From positions 1 through 52,768 of the IMG/VR virus record IMGVR_UViG_3300030104_004723: a DNA stretch of 52,768 nt; one strand, written 5' to 3'. This DNA is from a virus. Taxonomy: Duplodnaviria > Caudoviricetes. Below are positions 32,101 through 41,477 of this stretch, in pieces. Each line of letters begins with the position of its first letter. Position 1 is the stretch's first letter. The notes beneath the pieces were generated by a model. That model ran no database searches, had not been told where the DNA came from, and worked only from the letters and a program-made list of their open reading frames with translations. Both the position numbers and the translations under genes were made by a program.

Positions 32101-35100
32101 ATGACCAATTAGAATATCATTATAAAAGTTTTTTATCTCAACTTATTAGAAAAAGTGTAGCGCAAAATAGTTATGCATATAGTAAAATTAAAAATAAAAA
32201 TAAAATTGCCTCTACATTAAAAGAAAATTATGAAAAAGGCTTAGTGACAACTGAAGATATGTTAAATAAAGTTTTATCTATAATTGATTCTAATGAACCA
32301 GGAATGCTTGATGTTATTGTTCAGATGCATTCTGTAGAAAAGTCTTTCCATAAAATAAGAGTATTGCATTCAATACAAAATATGGTAGCAAGACAAAAAC
32401 CTAATTCAACAAGCCCTGTTTACATATCTTTAGGTGCAGCAAATGCATTGCAACAAACACCAGGCTTTGCTAGTGATGTTACACACCCCTCGTATAGTTT
32501 TTATGCAACTAAAAATGAAAATGCATGGAACAATATATTAAATTTATTAGATGAACAAAACAAAGAAGATGGTAATATAGTAAAAGAATCTATTAATCTT
32601 ATAATTCAAAAATTAGGAGATTTATGGAATAATAAAGATGGAATATCTAACGAAGAATTTATGAACTTTTTTAGTAGAGCTGTTAATCAAGGTAATATGT
32701 GGTATGGTAAGTCTTCTGATATGGTTGCTATGCAAGATTTTATCATTAAAGAAATGGTTGTAGAAGATAAGAAATTAAAAGGAAGAGATTCAAGTTTCTT
32801 TAAAGAATCTAGAAAGGTTTTAAATGAACTACAAAATGCAGGTTTAATTTCTTGGAAAGTAGTTACTCCTGAATGGGGTCGAGCTTCTTTTATAGAAATA
32901 ACTCCCTTAAATAGACCAAAGCTGTTAGGTTACAAAGGTTCAAGATTTCAAAAGGTATTAGATTCTGAATCTATAGATTTAACAAAACCTAATGAAGAAG
33001 GAGGCGTTTATGACAAGGTTAATAAAAGAATTAGCTATCAAAAAATAGATGACCCTAGGTTGGCTAGAAATGCTGCAATAAATCATATATTTAAAGAAGC
33101 ATGGATAGATATTAATAGAGTTGAAAAACAAGCTAGAGGATTTAACACTATTATAAATCCTGATAGTTTTAGAATTGCTATGCTTGAAACATTACCTACG
33201 CAAGAATTAAAAGACAGGTTTGTTAAATGGTACCAAGTTAATATAATAGGTAAATATACTGGACTAAAATATACACAAGAATCTATAGGTAAAGATGTTA
33301 AGGATTTACTACCTCCAGATAATACTCAAGATGCTATAGTTGATTTCTTTAATGACCCTGACATAAGAGAAGGTATGCATGAAATAGCAGAAAAAAATGA
33401 ATCAGATGAAAGAGAAATAAATGCCAATGAATATTCTTATGATAGAGAGTTTGGTAAGCATGTAGAAAAAGATGATGCTGTTGATTTTAACAATAAAGCA
33501 TATGAAATTATGAAAGACCCTAATATTCCTGTTGATAAATGGCTTCAAACTTGGGTTAGTTATGTTTCTAAAAAAATTAGTAAACGTTCTTATACTATTG
33601 ACCAACAATTAAATCAAATGAAAAAATTCAATAGACTGTACAGCAATATAGCTGTTAATACAGAAAATGGTAATTATAATGAAAGAAATCAATTTTATGC
33701 TGTAATAAAACAAACAGACGAAGATGGTAATATAGTAGAAATAGACATACAATTAAAAGGACCTGATAATATAACAGCTAATGGTAGTACTAATTCTAAT
33801 AAATCAAAAATAACTCCATTTGAAATGAACAATAAAAAAGGTGTTTTTTCATGGATTGATGGTAGTGATTTCTTAACTTCTCAAAATGTTAAAGATAACT
33901 TAGGTAGATTTGTAGAAGAAACATACGAAGATAGAAGTGGAATCATACAAACAAAAAGAAAGAAAGAATTAAAACCAAGATATGAATTTTTTAATGCTCA
34001 AGAATTAGAAGTCTTAGAAACTGCATTAAATAAAATGGGCTTTACAATAGCTTTATCAAGAGGCGATTCTTCTAAGTTAGGCATTGTAAGTATAGACACA
34101 TCTCATTTAAAAGAAGCTAGTAGTGCACAAGCAGCTTTAAATTATTTTAGAAAAGAAATAGAAAATGGTTCTATTCCTATGGGAGAATGGTCTGTGGATG
34201 ATGGTATAATGAAGAATCCACATGTAGCTAATATGATGAAAGGCAATGTAGCTGCTAACATAGCTGTGCATGAAGCATTTAAAAAAGTATTTCCTAATTA
34301 CTTAAGTATAAACGCTGCAACATTTGCTAAAAGAATCAAATTACCTTTTACTCCAATGACTATAAGCCCAACTATGCCTAACGTTACTATGTATATAGCT
34401 AATAAAGAAAATTTAGTATTTAAATATAGAGATAAAGAAATACCAGGCTTTCAAACTGTACAAGGAGTAGACAATCTTTATATAGGAGATGGCGGAAGTA
34501 TTACTGCTAAACAATTATTTGAAAAATTTGAAAACCATCATGGTTTAATTAAAGGTCAAGCTAAAGCTAAAACTGTTATATATAGAAATCAAAACGATGA
34601 AGGTATTGCAGTAAAACATCAGCATTATCAACCAGAATCTTTTATAGAAATATGGGAGGGAGATACTTTATTAGCAAAGGTAGATAAAAAGGGTAATTTT
34701 ACTGAAGGAAAAGCAGCTGGTTTAGATATGATAATCACAGACGATGAAGCTAAATGGATGTATGGAGCTGACATTAATGTAGGTAATGTGGTAGAAGTAA
34801 GTGGTCAAGATATAGGTTTTACTAAGTATTCTGATAAGAAAAAACCTCAAAAATCAAATCATTTAATGCAATGGTATAGTTTTGTTTATGAGCCAGAAAT
34901 GATACAAGCATTTAAAGATTATATGCTGCAAGATGTTAAAAATAAATTTAAAGAAGCTTACAGACCTTTTGCTGAGCCTACTAAAAAAAGTTCTCAAAAA
35001 GCTATAAAAGATATTATAAGTAAAATTGATTCTAATGATGCAGAAGGATTTAGAAATACCTTAGTAGAATTAAATAACTTAGGAGTTATATGGCAAATAG

Positions 35101-36938
35101 AACCTATGTTAAATGTATTATACCAAAATAAAGTTTTAAATCCTAAATTAAGAATGAAAGAACAGCCAGGAACTAAAGCTGATTTAGCTCCTAATTTAAG
35201 AGGAGATTTAAATCCTGGAGAAGCAGCTTTATCTAAGGAAAATGCAGATGAAGTTTATTTAAAGTATGCTGCAGTAAAAGATTTAACATTAGCACAAGCT
35301 AAAACAACAAAATTAAGTGTAATTAACGATTGGTTAAAAGAAACTCCTGTTAATATGTTTATTGCCAGAACCCCTGTTCCTCACGTTGGTGGCACTATGT
35401 TAATAAGAATTAAAAGATTACATGACAGAAAAGGCTTAGTAGAGCTTCATCCGTATGATGTATTTGCTAGATTAGAAGGTGACTATGATGGTGACTGGAT
35501 TACTATGGAATCATTACCTTGGTTTTATGAAAACGGTCAATTCATATCTCCTATGGAAAATTCTATTGCAAGATTTTTTGAAGGTAAAGATGTAAAAGGT
35601 ATTAATTTAGGTGAATTTGATAATTCTATGGGCGAATTACAAATGTCAAATAGATTTGATAGATACGAATTAATAGAAGCTATGACTTATAATAAACAAG
35701 GAGAAGTAGCAAATATAATTAATGTATATGGAACGTTAGTAAATACTGTAAATAGTATAGAGATTAGTGGAAGAAAAATACTTATTAAACCACCTAATGA
35801 AAAAAGAAGATGGGGAGCTAAAGTTAAAAGAAAACCAGTAGTAAAAAGTATGGGAGAAATATTAAGATACTACATGCAAGCTTCAGTAGATAATGCTAAA
35901 TATATGTTGCTTTCAGAATGGGGTTACACTCAAGACATGGTAACAAGAGCTTTATTTAAATATGAAAATGGACAAACTATATCTGAAGATGATTATGAAT
36001 CTTTAAAACCTCTTATTAAGTTTTTAAAATCAGCTACTAATATTATGAGAGGACAAGATTTTACATTAGGGAAATATAATACAGCTAAAACTATTGCATT
36101 AAGTGGTGAGTATTATGCATTTACTCAAAATAAAAATAGTTACGTTAAAGAAAATATAGGAGAAATAAATTATGATACAGGAGAGCTTATTCCTTCAATG
36201 AGTCATGTTAATATTGATTTTAAGAATACAATTTCTCCAGTTGAAGAAATAGCTATACTTCCATATGTTGAATTTGAAATATGGCAAAATAAATTTGATA
36301 TTATAGGTGCTCACGAATGGCCAGGAGGTATTCATTACAACGTTCATAGAAATGCACATATAGATGGTTTAAATTTTATTAATGATAAACCTATGTTTGA
36401 TGAATTTTTTCAAAATGCTATATCAAAAGATAGAAAAGAAAATATTGTAGGGCAAATAGAAGTTAATAAAAAATGGGGAAATATTGAATTTAAAAGTGAA
36501 AGCGATTGGGCTCTTAGACAATGGAAATTTGGAGAAGCTTACACAGATTTAATGGCTTTTAAATGGTACAATCTTATGAATTATGCTGAATTAAATGGTA
36601 AGCCTAATTTCATGGAACAAAATCAGAAAGCTTTAGAGTTTAAAACAGAATTTAACAAAAGATATAAAAAACTTTCTAGTGTTTCTAAAATGGCAGCAAC
36701 TTACTCTTTTCTTAATGGTGCAGTTTTAACTATGCAGGAACAACATTCTAAAGCTCCTAAATGGTTTCCTCCATCAAGTGATAAAGCAGTAGAATTTCAA
36801 TTGCTTGAAGAAAATATTTTAAGTAATTTTGTAGATGTTTATAATGATAATGTTGGTAAAAATAGAAATATGAACAGTCGATTTGATAATGTTATAGATT
36901 TAATGTATAAACAATATATAAAGGAAAGCTGTGGCTAA
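26181..36938 (+). CDS. Giant virion-associated two-barrel DNA-dependent RNA polymerase with zincin-like domain
   Basis: IARTPVP (RTP 35367-35375) followed by LEGDYDGD (DYDGD 35481-35495); IGDGGS (34482-34499) and downstream Lys residues of the second barrel; HEFAH at 29979-29993. Confidence 0.85.
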   Translation: MADNFIGYTYKELAELLRKANPGMYNNTEDVELVNSFKESQPNMFDSVGGWDKAINEPGIFPRMGYRLKNTWDNLSLFGLPAVKETVLNAVNVKPDEETDKLINTPGSIFSPKDVDPNQFRHLNSEAWQNLGQEHYVPSSIPYRDENLSVKYKTNGPHFSMHSNEFNTYGLDNVALNNYWANKENNYNMSDALNGLEQQKNTIRKMNVNPESPQFKLWASSAMALEDIHKQTESIDEQGRYISNGLGEPLLVEGMIETNERNFANLVLGPDASVDEKENYINSLSYHRWSNKNKKGRKDIIDEDGFGFDKALEEFDKKLEDDMAYKAWYQYTQSSGSVWDRMEHNGIKELAPSFVDALSSMLPGIATAITLGGTNLLARRAGLPGIPLPVITEATMQMLTLQDHIGSSKEAIQHLTKSSVITPNQYEKEIAEYEKELRDKKITGIALNNILSEWKNRTYSQDENGNILKQGISTEDALYTTYASRVGSSIFTYAVEKKLGFGRLMKQYGNPGRKYVGKTFGENFQNNLKDRIQKIPGANNIFKSSSAHISVFKPILKNTAEQSLEEGVQTVGQTWFQSSSSPLGYKEESYTDLIDWNEISEAMLGGALLGGGLSTVGSTFSNTELSERFANWKVSKMPYDFFQNTVQKLDNGNYGIFIKSPTFKTDEGGAVIYDDDGKIQIEGEDSKQIPGEDMEFSTFREAFAVAEAQNNDVKRQFGKLAAKEGLYNDWANAKTKIKKISEDSWTVDVLSETGNVLKTVTFNNKNQAQNFKSKQESFIADVELDIEEAETTKKDNEIVVNNIVTEDDQGNVISVNDDLLFLAGNFGGRLTGKARDAWEEYLSVNEVQNEKDVSNPDKVLDIIKRHGWDALNALKMDKPTFMENLTDWEYDELFPEAYNEIDNILTVPTEQETTLDEDTEVRDDDSAGIGREDRDIIDLEDDVVAIDDDIEITPEEESKYDLEVDESFSDLTDEDLREEYLKSKVKGDVESALKTTNLRTELKARGLSVPRVTKKVKERLETEAVDTRRPEEVFDAFETDEQKAGKKFAQEFLNNNKGSALGLMQDLDSKLTNELKRDKISKEFFDAAKKEMKRLAEKEKQDEKAGLKLRIKVNASKQEELFEKEPTGYENLKDDELIAKLKEFRKKVDVTSAVESTQVLIELKRRGIPVPKKDAKQIIDEQAQRDREDVLDSKERKREEREKFVDDTVDFLKEKFIGPDGKPLFNIVKLNETEQDLPENKWKGRWEEETNTMYLNPKYFDRDTALHEFAHPFIRAIANSKGGVDIINSIYDEVVKADKDGELYDIVMKGYVETGDFEEGSYEFKEELIAWALGRAAKNIKVQSQEAQSKNKLIIALKKFWKALKEIVFGKDAPLYHELYNFVKDGVTFDDMVSFLADSPDKISIQDLSVLSLEKANSRKGFELIESNPIEDNVARDFNQNYLLPAVQNEVLPAVISISKTTNKSKRKLKISKFRSSVIENLRKKFNIPKNLNLDEYEKESVARTYSFDGAQGESNALGISKAITNWVTDLQVEPLTDFNIITDMELASMSKELAEEINKIGMYVLNQVRFKYQFVNILGSVENWSKESINKKLNAKKTMLPAAEKRAIKQWMKQNIDLKDNNIVLAQSLIESYKAFVNKKYPIYTGIQIKQDSPNDYIHIDSSLRGDLDTRAISASAEEDVLMDPEFAPYVGVPSERIMFFTSPHSTVQTHRPHYADFPGTDKSVGATGWYRVSSVPGYDDIFASMEYQSDYFKNIYRNHGDVISFIKDPEKFIESKMIKLEDTNQYIYSRMAFNEMFSNVWNGVYNNIYKDKESDMLLNLPDNMKKFKVKYKGKFLKMLYDNVYKTNTDYNEFLKMVNKETQDVLLHSLFSEDISRAFSVEFIKLIEKGKSVESAWNIISNIIENEMIESVETTHTLVENDKSLIKTYFTNALSPDIDNPMLTSKEERQALFNEGIKTADYLIKLFETGVINDQLEYHYKSFLSQLIRKSVAQNSYAYSKIKNKNKIASTLKENYEKGLVTTEDMLNKVLSIIDSNEPGMLDVIVQMHSVEKSFHKIRVLHSIQNMVARQKPNSTSPVYISLGAANALQQTPGFASDVTHPSYSFYATKNENAWNNILNLLDEQNKEDGNIVKESINLIIQKLGDLWNNKDGISNEEFMNFFSRAVNQGNMWYGKSSDMVAMQDFIIKEMVVEDKKLKGRDSSFFKESRKVLNELQNAGLISWKVVTPEWGRASFIEITPLNRPKLLGYKGSRFQKVLDSESIDLTKPNEEGGVYDKVNKRISYQKIDDPRLARNAAINHIFKEAWIDINRVEKQARGFNTIINPDSFRIAMLETLPTQELKDRFVKWYQVNIIGKYTGLKYTQESIGKDVKDLLPPDNTQDAIVDFFNDPDIREGMHEIAEKNESDEREINANEYSYDREFGKHVEKDDAVDFNNKAYEIMKDPNIPVDKWLQTWVSYVSKKISKRSYTIDQQLNQMKKFNRLYSNIAVNTENGNYNERNQFYAVIKQTDEDGNIVEIDIQLKGPDNITANGSTNSNKSKITPFEMNNKKGVFSWIDGSDFLTSQNVKDNLGRFVEETYEDRSGIIQTKRKKELKPRYEFFNAQELEVLETALNKMGFTIALSRGDSSKLGIVSIDTSHLKEASSAQAALNYFRKEIENGSIPMGEWSVDDGIMKNPHVANMMKGNVAANIAVHEAFKKVFPNYLSINAATFAKRIKLPFTPMTISPTMPNVTMYIANKENLVFKYRDKEIPGFQTVQGVDNLYIGDGGSITAKQLFEKFENHHGLIKGQAKAKTVIYRNQNDEGIAVKHQHYQPESFIEIWEGDTLLAKVDKKGNFTEGKAAGLDMIITDDEAKWMYGADINVGNVVEVSGQDIGFTKYSDKKKPQKSNHLMQWYSFVYEPEMIQAFKDYMLQDVKNKFKEAYRPFAEPTKKSSQKAIKDIISKIDSNDAEGFRNTLVELNNLGVIWQIEPMLNVLYQNKVLNPKLRMKEQPGTKADLAPNLRGDLNPGEAALSKENADEVYLKYAAVKDLTLAQAKTTKLSVINDWLKETPVNMFIARTPVPHVGGTMLIRIKRLHDRKGLVELHPYDVFARLEGDYDGDWITMESLPWFYENGQFISPMENSIARFFEGKDVKGINLGEFDNSMGELQMSNRFDRYELIEAMTYNKQGEVANIINVYGTLVNTVNSIEISGRKILIKPPNEKRRWGAKVKRKPVVKSMGEILRYYMQASVDNAKYMLLSEWGYTQDMVTRALFKYENGQTISEDDYESLKPLIKFLKSATNIMRGQDFTLGKYNTAKTIALSGEYYAFTQNKNSYVKENIGEINYDTGELIPSMSHVNIDFKNTISPVEEIAILPYVEFEIWQNKFDIIGAHEWPGGIHYNVHRNAHIDGLNFINDKPMFDEFFQNAISKDRKENIVGQIEVNKKWGNIEFKSESDWALRQWKFGEAYTDLMAFKWYNLMNYAELNGKPNFMEQNQKALEFKTEFNKRYKKLSSVSKMAATYSFLNGAVLTMQEQHSKAPKWFPPSSDKAVEFQLLEENILSNFVDVYNDNVGKNRNMNSRFDNVIDLMYKQYIKESCG

Positions 36939-39900
36939 TACAAAATGTAGTATATTAAGAGAAGGGGCTGAAATAAATAAACAGCTTGACGATGCTGTAT
37001 TAGAAGCTCAGATTGATGAGGCTAATTTATTAGGCGTTGAGGAAATAAATCAACTTATACAAGATAACTTATTAGAAAAAGCAATAAAAGTAGGAAAAGA
37101 AAAAGGTATTGATGTAGGAGAAGATACTGAAGAAATAGAAGAAGCTGTAAGGTATTTAGTAGGAGAGTTAGTTCCAGAAGAAAAGATAGACAAAGTAGTA
37201 AAAAAGAATTATGGAGAAGCTGGAGATAGGTATTTATTAGCTACTAAAATAAATGCTTTAGTTAATGGAAATCCTATTATAGGTCAAATGGTTCATGAAA
37301 TGATTTTACAATTTATGCCTTCTGGTAATATTTCATCATCAACATCTCAATGGGTTAAAGGGGAGCAAATAAATGTTCCAAATTTTGCAGGCATTAATAA
37401 AAACCTTACCCCTGAACAACAATTATTAAGAACTTTAAAAGTTCAAGAAATAGGTACATTAAAAGTTATATATAACGAAGCATTAAACATGGCTACTGCA
37501 GGAACTGGAGAAAGCTGGGCAAAAGGAGTTATAGGTAAAATAGTATCTAAATTCTATAATCCTAAAGAAAAAGGTAAAACAGAACGTAGTGGTGCATGGA
37601 TGAAATTTACAAGTCATGCAACTCGTTATTTTAATAATATAGAAAAAAATATAGAATACTTTCTTAAAGATAGAAAAGTAAAACAGCCAGATGGTTCTCA
37701 AAAAACATTTAAAGGAATGGACAATGTTTTAAGAGATGTTAATACATTATCTGAAAAAGTAAATATCAAGGTTCATAAAAACGATTTAAGAACAAAAGGT
37801 GAATTATTTACTGAGTTTTTTGTAATGAATATGACTGGAGAAATTTATTTTGATAAAAAAACCAATAAATTTATGATACATCAAGATTATGGCCCGTTAA
37901 GAGATGCAGATAATAAGGTTAGATTATGGCCTGATGAAACTATAATGCATGGTTTTTCAAATCCTATAGAACTTTCAAAATATAGAAATGGATTATATTC
38001 TGTAAAATTTAAAACTAAATCTCAATTCAATTCTTTTACCAAATTAAAAAATGATGCTACAAAAGTTAATGAAAGAGTATTTAAAGAGACTAGAAAGAAC
38101 TATGAAAATTCAGTAAAACTATTAAAAAAAGCAATAAAAAAACATTTTGTTGGCTTACCTGATGCTCAAATAGAGTTGTTGTTTTTTGAAGACTGGAAAG
38201 TAAAACAACATAAAGAGCTTTTAAATGAACTAAAAGATTTAGATAAAAAAACAGGCACTAAATATATTAATACATATAATCTTTTTAAAGATACTTTCGG
38301 AAATATAGCAAGTGTTAATCTTTATTTAAATAGAGTTAATGAATCTCAAGGCAAGGGACAAAGAAAACATTACTGGCCTACTATATATCCTATACAAACT
38401 ATGACTATAATGTGGGATTCTTATATTGTAGACATGCAAAGAGAACTTAAAATAGCAAAAGATAATTTAGAAAACTTTAGAAAAGGCGAATACGATAAAT
38501 TAATAGCTAAGAAAAAATTAAACCGTAAAGAGTTTAAAAAAGACTTAAAAAAAGAAGTAGCTAAATATAATTCAATAGTTGATAGAGCTATAGAAATAAA
38601 AGACAATAGAGAAAATAAATATAAAGAAGATACTTTATCTGCTAGAGAGATACCTTTTGCTAGAGACCACAGACATTTAAAATCTATAACAAATGCTTTT
38701 GATATTAGATTAGGCAGAAAAGACGGGGCAGTATATAGAGATTATTTAATGCAAATAATGAGTTCTATAGAAAGAAATCTTTTTACAGTATCATTGTTAG
38801 ATAGTATAAATATTGCTCAATCTGATGTTGTTGTTCGAGCATTGGTAAATTATTATAAGGTTCCTTTTGCTGACCCTAGTGTGGAGGGTGGAATAATAAC
38901 TTCAAGTGATGAATCTGTGTCAGCTATGTTAAATAAAGTTGGTATCAAAATATCACCTGAAATTTTAAATAGATTTAACAGAAGAATTAATAAATGGTTA
39001 ACAGCTTCTAAATTAGGCGGAATAAGTACATCAATATTAAATAGAAGTGCTATTGTACACAATATATTAGATAGAAATAGGCAGGAAACTTCTAGAGCTA
39101 AACAAGTTCTTTCAAATAACAGAGAAGAAGTTGAAGAATTTTTAACAAAAATTAATATAGCTGCATTCCAAGATTTTTTTAGTTCAAATTTAATTAATGG
39201 TAAAGCAGGAATTGAATTAGATAATGCTACTATAGGCAAAATATATATGATTATGCTTAATTATCCAGAATCAAAACAAAGATTTAAAAACATGGGTATT
39301 TCTAAGCTAAAAGATTTTCTAATTAAAAACAAAGTTTCTGAAACTAAAATAAAAGCATGGGCTAAAGATAAAAAAGCATTAAATATATTGTCAGAAAAAG
39401 CTTCTGCTATACAAATGCAAAAAGAATTTTCTAAAGTTCTTGAATTGTCTCCTATGTATAATTTAAAAATAAAAAGTATTATGAGTCAAAATGCTTCTAA
39501 AGAAAGATTAAAAATTATAGCTCAATCTAAAAAAGATACAATGCTAAATAAGTTTGTAGGCTTTGCTATTACTCAAGAATACGAATTAAATAGATATGCA
39601 AATATGTTCAATTGGCAATGGACTTTACCTTCTAAAATATATAAATCTACAGGAGATTGGTTTAGCTTTTTAGGAAGTGTTAGGAAATCAGTGAAAATGA
39701 CAATGAGCGATAGTGAAGCTTATATTAGAAGTATATCTGCAATATCTGGAATATTAAAAGCTCAAGAATTAGGCTTTCTAAGAAATGATATAAACTTTTG
39801 GGAGTTTCAAGGTAAGGATTTAGAAGCTGCATCTGAAATAGGAAACTTATTAGCAGACTTTACTAATATGGGATTATCTACTACAGATATGGCTCAAATA

Positions 39901-40602
39901 GGATGGGGTGGATTTGGTAGTATACAGCAAAAATTTAATATATGGGCTCATCAAAGAAGAGGCAGAGAAGCTAATATTGCAAAGTATGCATATATAGCTG
40001 CTCAGGAATTAAAAGATTTAGGTCAAACTAAGTTTTTTGATGGTAAAGCATTATCTAAAATGATTTTACAAGCAGTTAAAGGAAACTTACCTTTTGTTGG
40101 TGAAAGATTAAATACGATGAATGCAACACAAAAACACCAGGCTCATTTAATGAAATTTATATATACGGGAGTTATGCCTGCAGTATTACTTGACCTTGTT
40201 ATATGGGGACCACTAGGAAATATAGCAGGGTTTGCTCTTTTAAACAGGGTAGTTAGAGTAGCAGGATTTGAACAAGTGTTAAAAGGATTACCTTCAGCTA
40301 ACGCTAGATTGCTATCTCTTCCTATAGGATTAGCAATAAAATTTGCTTTAGGAATGTTAGATGGAGATGACGAAGAAGAAGAATTAGGTAACTTCTTTCG
40401 TTATTATTTAAGAGAATTACCAGGAACAGGTTTTGGTATAAGCTGGTCCTTTGACCAAATATTATTACTTTATCATATTTTCTCTGAAAACAACGTAGAA
40501 GCTGTTAAAGTTGGTGTTGATGCTGTTATAGGCCCTATTTCTCCATTACCTACAGTAACTAAAACAATAAGAGGGGCAGCTATTCAAGCTATAGATGATT
40601 AA
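36931..40602 (+). CDS. Large ejection/internal virion protein with hydrophobic C-terminus
   Basis: GTG start after AAGGA; 1223 aa, helical, C-terminal hydrophobic helices; last gene of the + arm. Confidence 0.6.
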   Translation: MANTKCSILREGAEINKQLDDAVLEAQIDEANLLGVEEINQLIQDNLLEKAIKVGKEKGIDVGEDTEEIEEAVRYLVGELVPEEKIDKVVKKNYGEAGDRYLLATKINALVNGNPIIGQMVHEMILQFMPSGNISSSTSQWVKGEQINVPNFAGINKNLTPEQQLLRTLKVQEIGTLKVIYNEALNMATAGTGESWAKGVIGKIVSKFYNPKEKGKTERSGAWMKFTSHATRYFNNIEKNIEYFLKDRKVKQPDGSQKTFKGMDNVLRDVNTLSEKVNIKVHKNDLRTKGELFTEFFVMNMTGEIYFDKKTNKFMIHQDYGPLRDADNKVRLWPDETIMHGFSNPIELSKYRNGLYSVKFKTKSQFNSFTKLKNDATKVNERVFKETRKNYENSVKLLKKAIKKHFVGLPDAQIELLFFEDWKVKQHKELLNELKDLDKKTGTKYINTYNLFKDTFGNIASVNLYLNRVNESQGKGQRKHYWPTIYPIQTMTIMWDSYIVDMQRELKIAKDNLENFRKGEYDKLIAKKKLNRKEFKKDLKKEVAKYNSIVDRAIEIKDNRENKYKEDTLSAREIPFARDHRHLKSITNAFDIRLGRKDGAVYRDYLMQIMSSIERNLFTVSLLDSINIAQSDVVVRALVNYYKVPFADPSVEGGIITSSDESVSAMLNKVGIKISPEILNRFNRRINKWLTASKLGGISTSILNRSAIVHNILDRNRQETSRAKQVLSNNREEVEEFLTKINIAAFQDFFSSNLINGKAGIELDNATIGKIYMIMLNYPESKQRFKNMGISKLKDFLIKNKVSETKIKAWAKDKKALNILSEKASAIQMQKEFSKVLELSPMYNLKIKSIMSQNASKERLKIIAQSKKDTMLNKFVGFAITQEYELNRYANMFNWQWTLPSKIYKSTGDWFSFLGSVRKSVKMTMSDSEAYIRSISAISGILKAQELGFLRNDINFWEFQGKDLEAASEIGNLLADFTNMGLSTTDMAQIGWGGFGSIQQKFNIWAHQRRGREANIAKYAYIAAQELKDLGQTKFFDGKALSKMILQAVKGNLPFVGERLNTMNATQKHQAHLMKFIYTGVMPAVLLDLVIWGPLGNIAGFALLNRVVRVAGFEQVLKGLPSANARLLSLPIGLAIKFALGMLDGDDEEEELGNFFRYYLRELPGTGFGISWSFDQILLLYHIFSENNVEAVKVGVDAVIGPISPLPTVTKTIRGAAIQAIDD

Positions 40603-40757
40603 CAAATTACCTTATTAGAAAAATAAAACTTCTTACACATTAACTTGCATATAGACGTTTTATTAAAATAATTTAAATCTTCGTATGTATCATCTCCTAA
40701 TATTTCTTCAATTAAAAAATCAACAACGTTATTATTTATAGTATCTTTAAGACTCAT
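40599..40757 (-). CDS. Hypothetical protein (52 aa, not in the ORF track)
   Basis: MSLKDTINNNVVDFLIEEILGDD...; SD AGGAG; its stop overlaps the stop of the convergent + gene. Confidence 0.5.
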   Translation of the reverse strand: MSLKDTINNNVVDFLIEEILGDDTYEDLNYFNKTSICKLMCKKFYFSNKVIC

Positions 40758-41094
40758 TTGTTTCTCCTATAATCTTTAAAAATTCTTCTAGCTCTAAAGC
40801 TATATATGTTTTGGTTCTATTTCTTTTAAATACAACAGCAGGTGTATAATTACCACAATTATCTTCAGCTTGAGACAGCGATTCCCATATATTTAACCTC
40901 TCTTGATTTTTACATTCAAAGCTAAACGGTATTAAATCTCTGGCTGCAGGAGAGAGAATGATGTCTTCACCAGACTCTCCCATTACAGCAGTCTTTACAT
41001 CACCTTCCCTTAAACTAGGAAAGTAATCATGAATCTTGTCTCTTAGAAAATTCTGTAGGCGTCTTCCCTTGCCCTTCCTTGACGATGGTTTCAT
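40747..41094 (-). CDS. Holliday junction resolvase-like PD-(D/E)xK nuclease
   Basis: SRKGKGRRLQ, GEDIIL, FECKNQE and PAVVFKRNR motifs. Confidence 0.85.
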   Translation of the reverse strand: MKPSSRKGKGRRLQNFLRDKIHDYFPSLREGDVKTAVMGESGEDIILSPAARDLIPFSFECKNQERLNIWESLSQAEDNCGNYTPAVVFKRNRTKTYIALELEEFLKIIGETNES

Positions 41095-41266
41095 AAAGTC
41101 CTCTATTTTTTATTAGTTTTAGAACTGTTTCTAACGATTTAGTTCTTTGTTCCCTAATAAAATTTACTAACTCTTTTACCACATTGTCAAGCTCTTCTTG
41201 TTTAGAATGTCTAGCATATTCTATAAGATGAGCAGCTTTTTCTTCAAGACTATCATTACTAAGCAT
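41027..41266 (-). CDS. Hypothetical protein
   Basis: ORF in the operon, helical; its tail overlaps the resolvase start. Confidence 0.5.
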   Translation of the reverse strand: MLSNDSLEEKAAHLIEYARHSKQEELDNVVKELVNFIREQRTKSLETVLKLIKNRGLYETIVKEGQGKTPTEFSKRQDS

Positions 41267-41477
41267 CGAAGTCTCCTATTATGATTGGAACTTTTTCTTT
41301 TGTTAAGCGTTTAAAGCCTAAATCTTTTGTATTCATAGCATATTTATGAACATCGCTTTTTATAGCCTCACATACATGGTCTAATGCAGCTTCGTTCATT
41401 TGTATACCGTACTTTAAAAAAGTTTTTCTAATATACTTCTTTGATAACAACATATCTTCCTCTATTATTATTTTCAT
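41259..41477 (-). CDS. Putative histone-fold protein (bacterial short-alpha3 type)
   Basis: LLSKKYIRKTFLKYG-IQMNEAALDHVCEAIKSDVHKYAMNTKDLGFKRLTKEKV has histone-fold helix lengths and an L2-like GFKRL loop. Confidence 0.65.
   Translation of the reverse strand: MKIIIEEDMLLSKKYIRKTFLKYGIQMNEAALDHVCEAIKSDVHKYAMNTKDLGFKRLTKEKVPIIIGDFDA

Noticed and set aside
1618-39239. Many 60-150 aa antisense or alternative-frame ORFs inside the long + strand genes (e.g. 9186-9554, 11914-12372, 38853-39239)
   Set aside because: Shadow ORFs of coding sequence; no evident SD or motifs, and contained in or spanning well-supported genes
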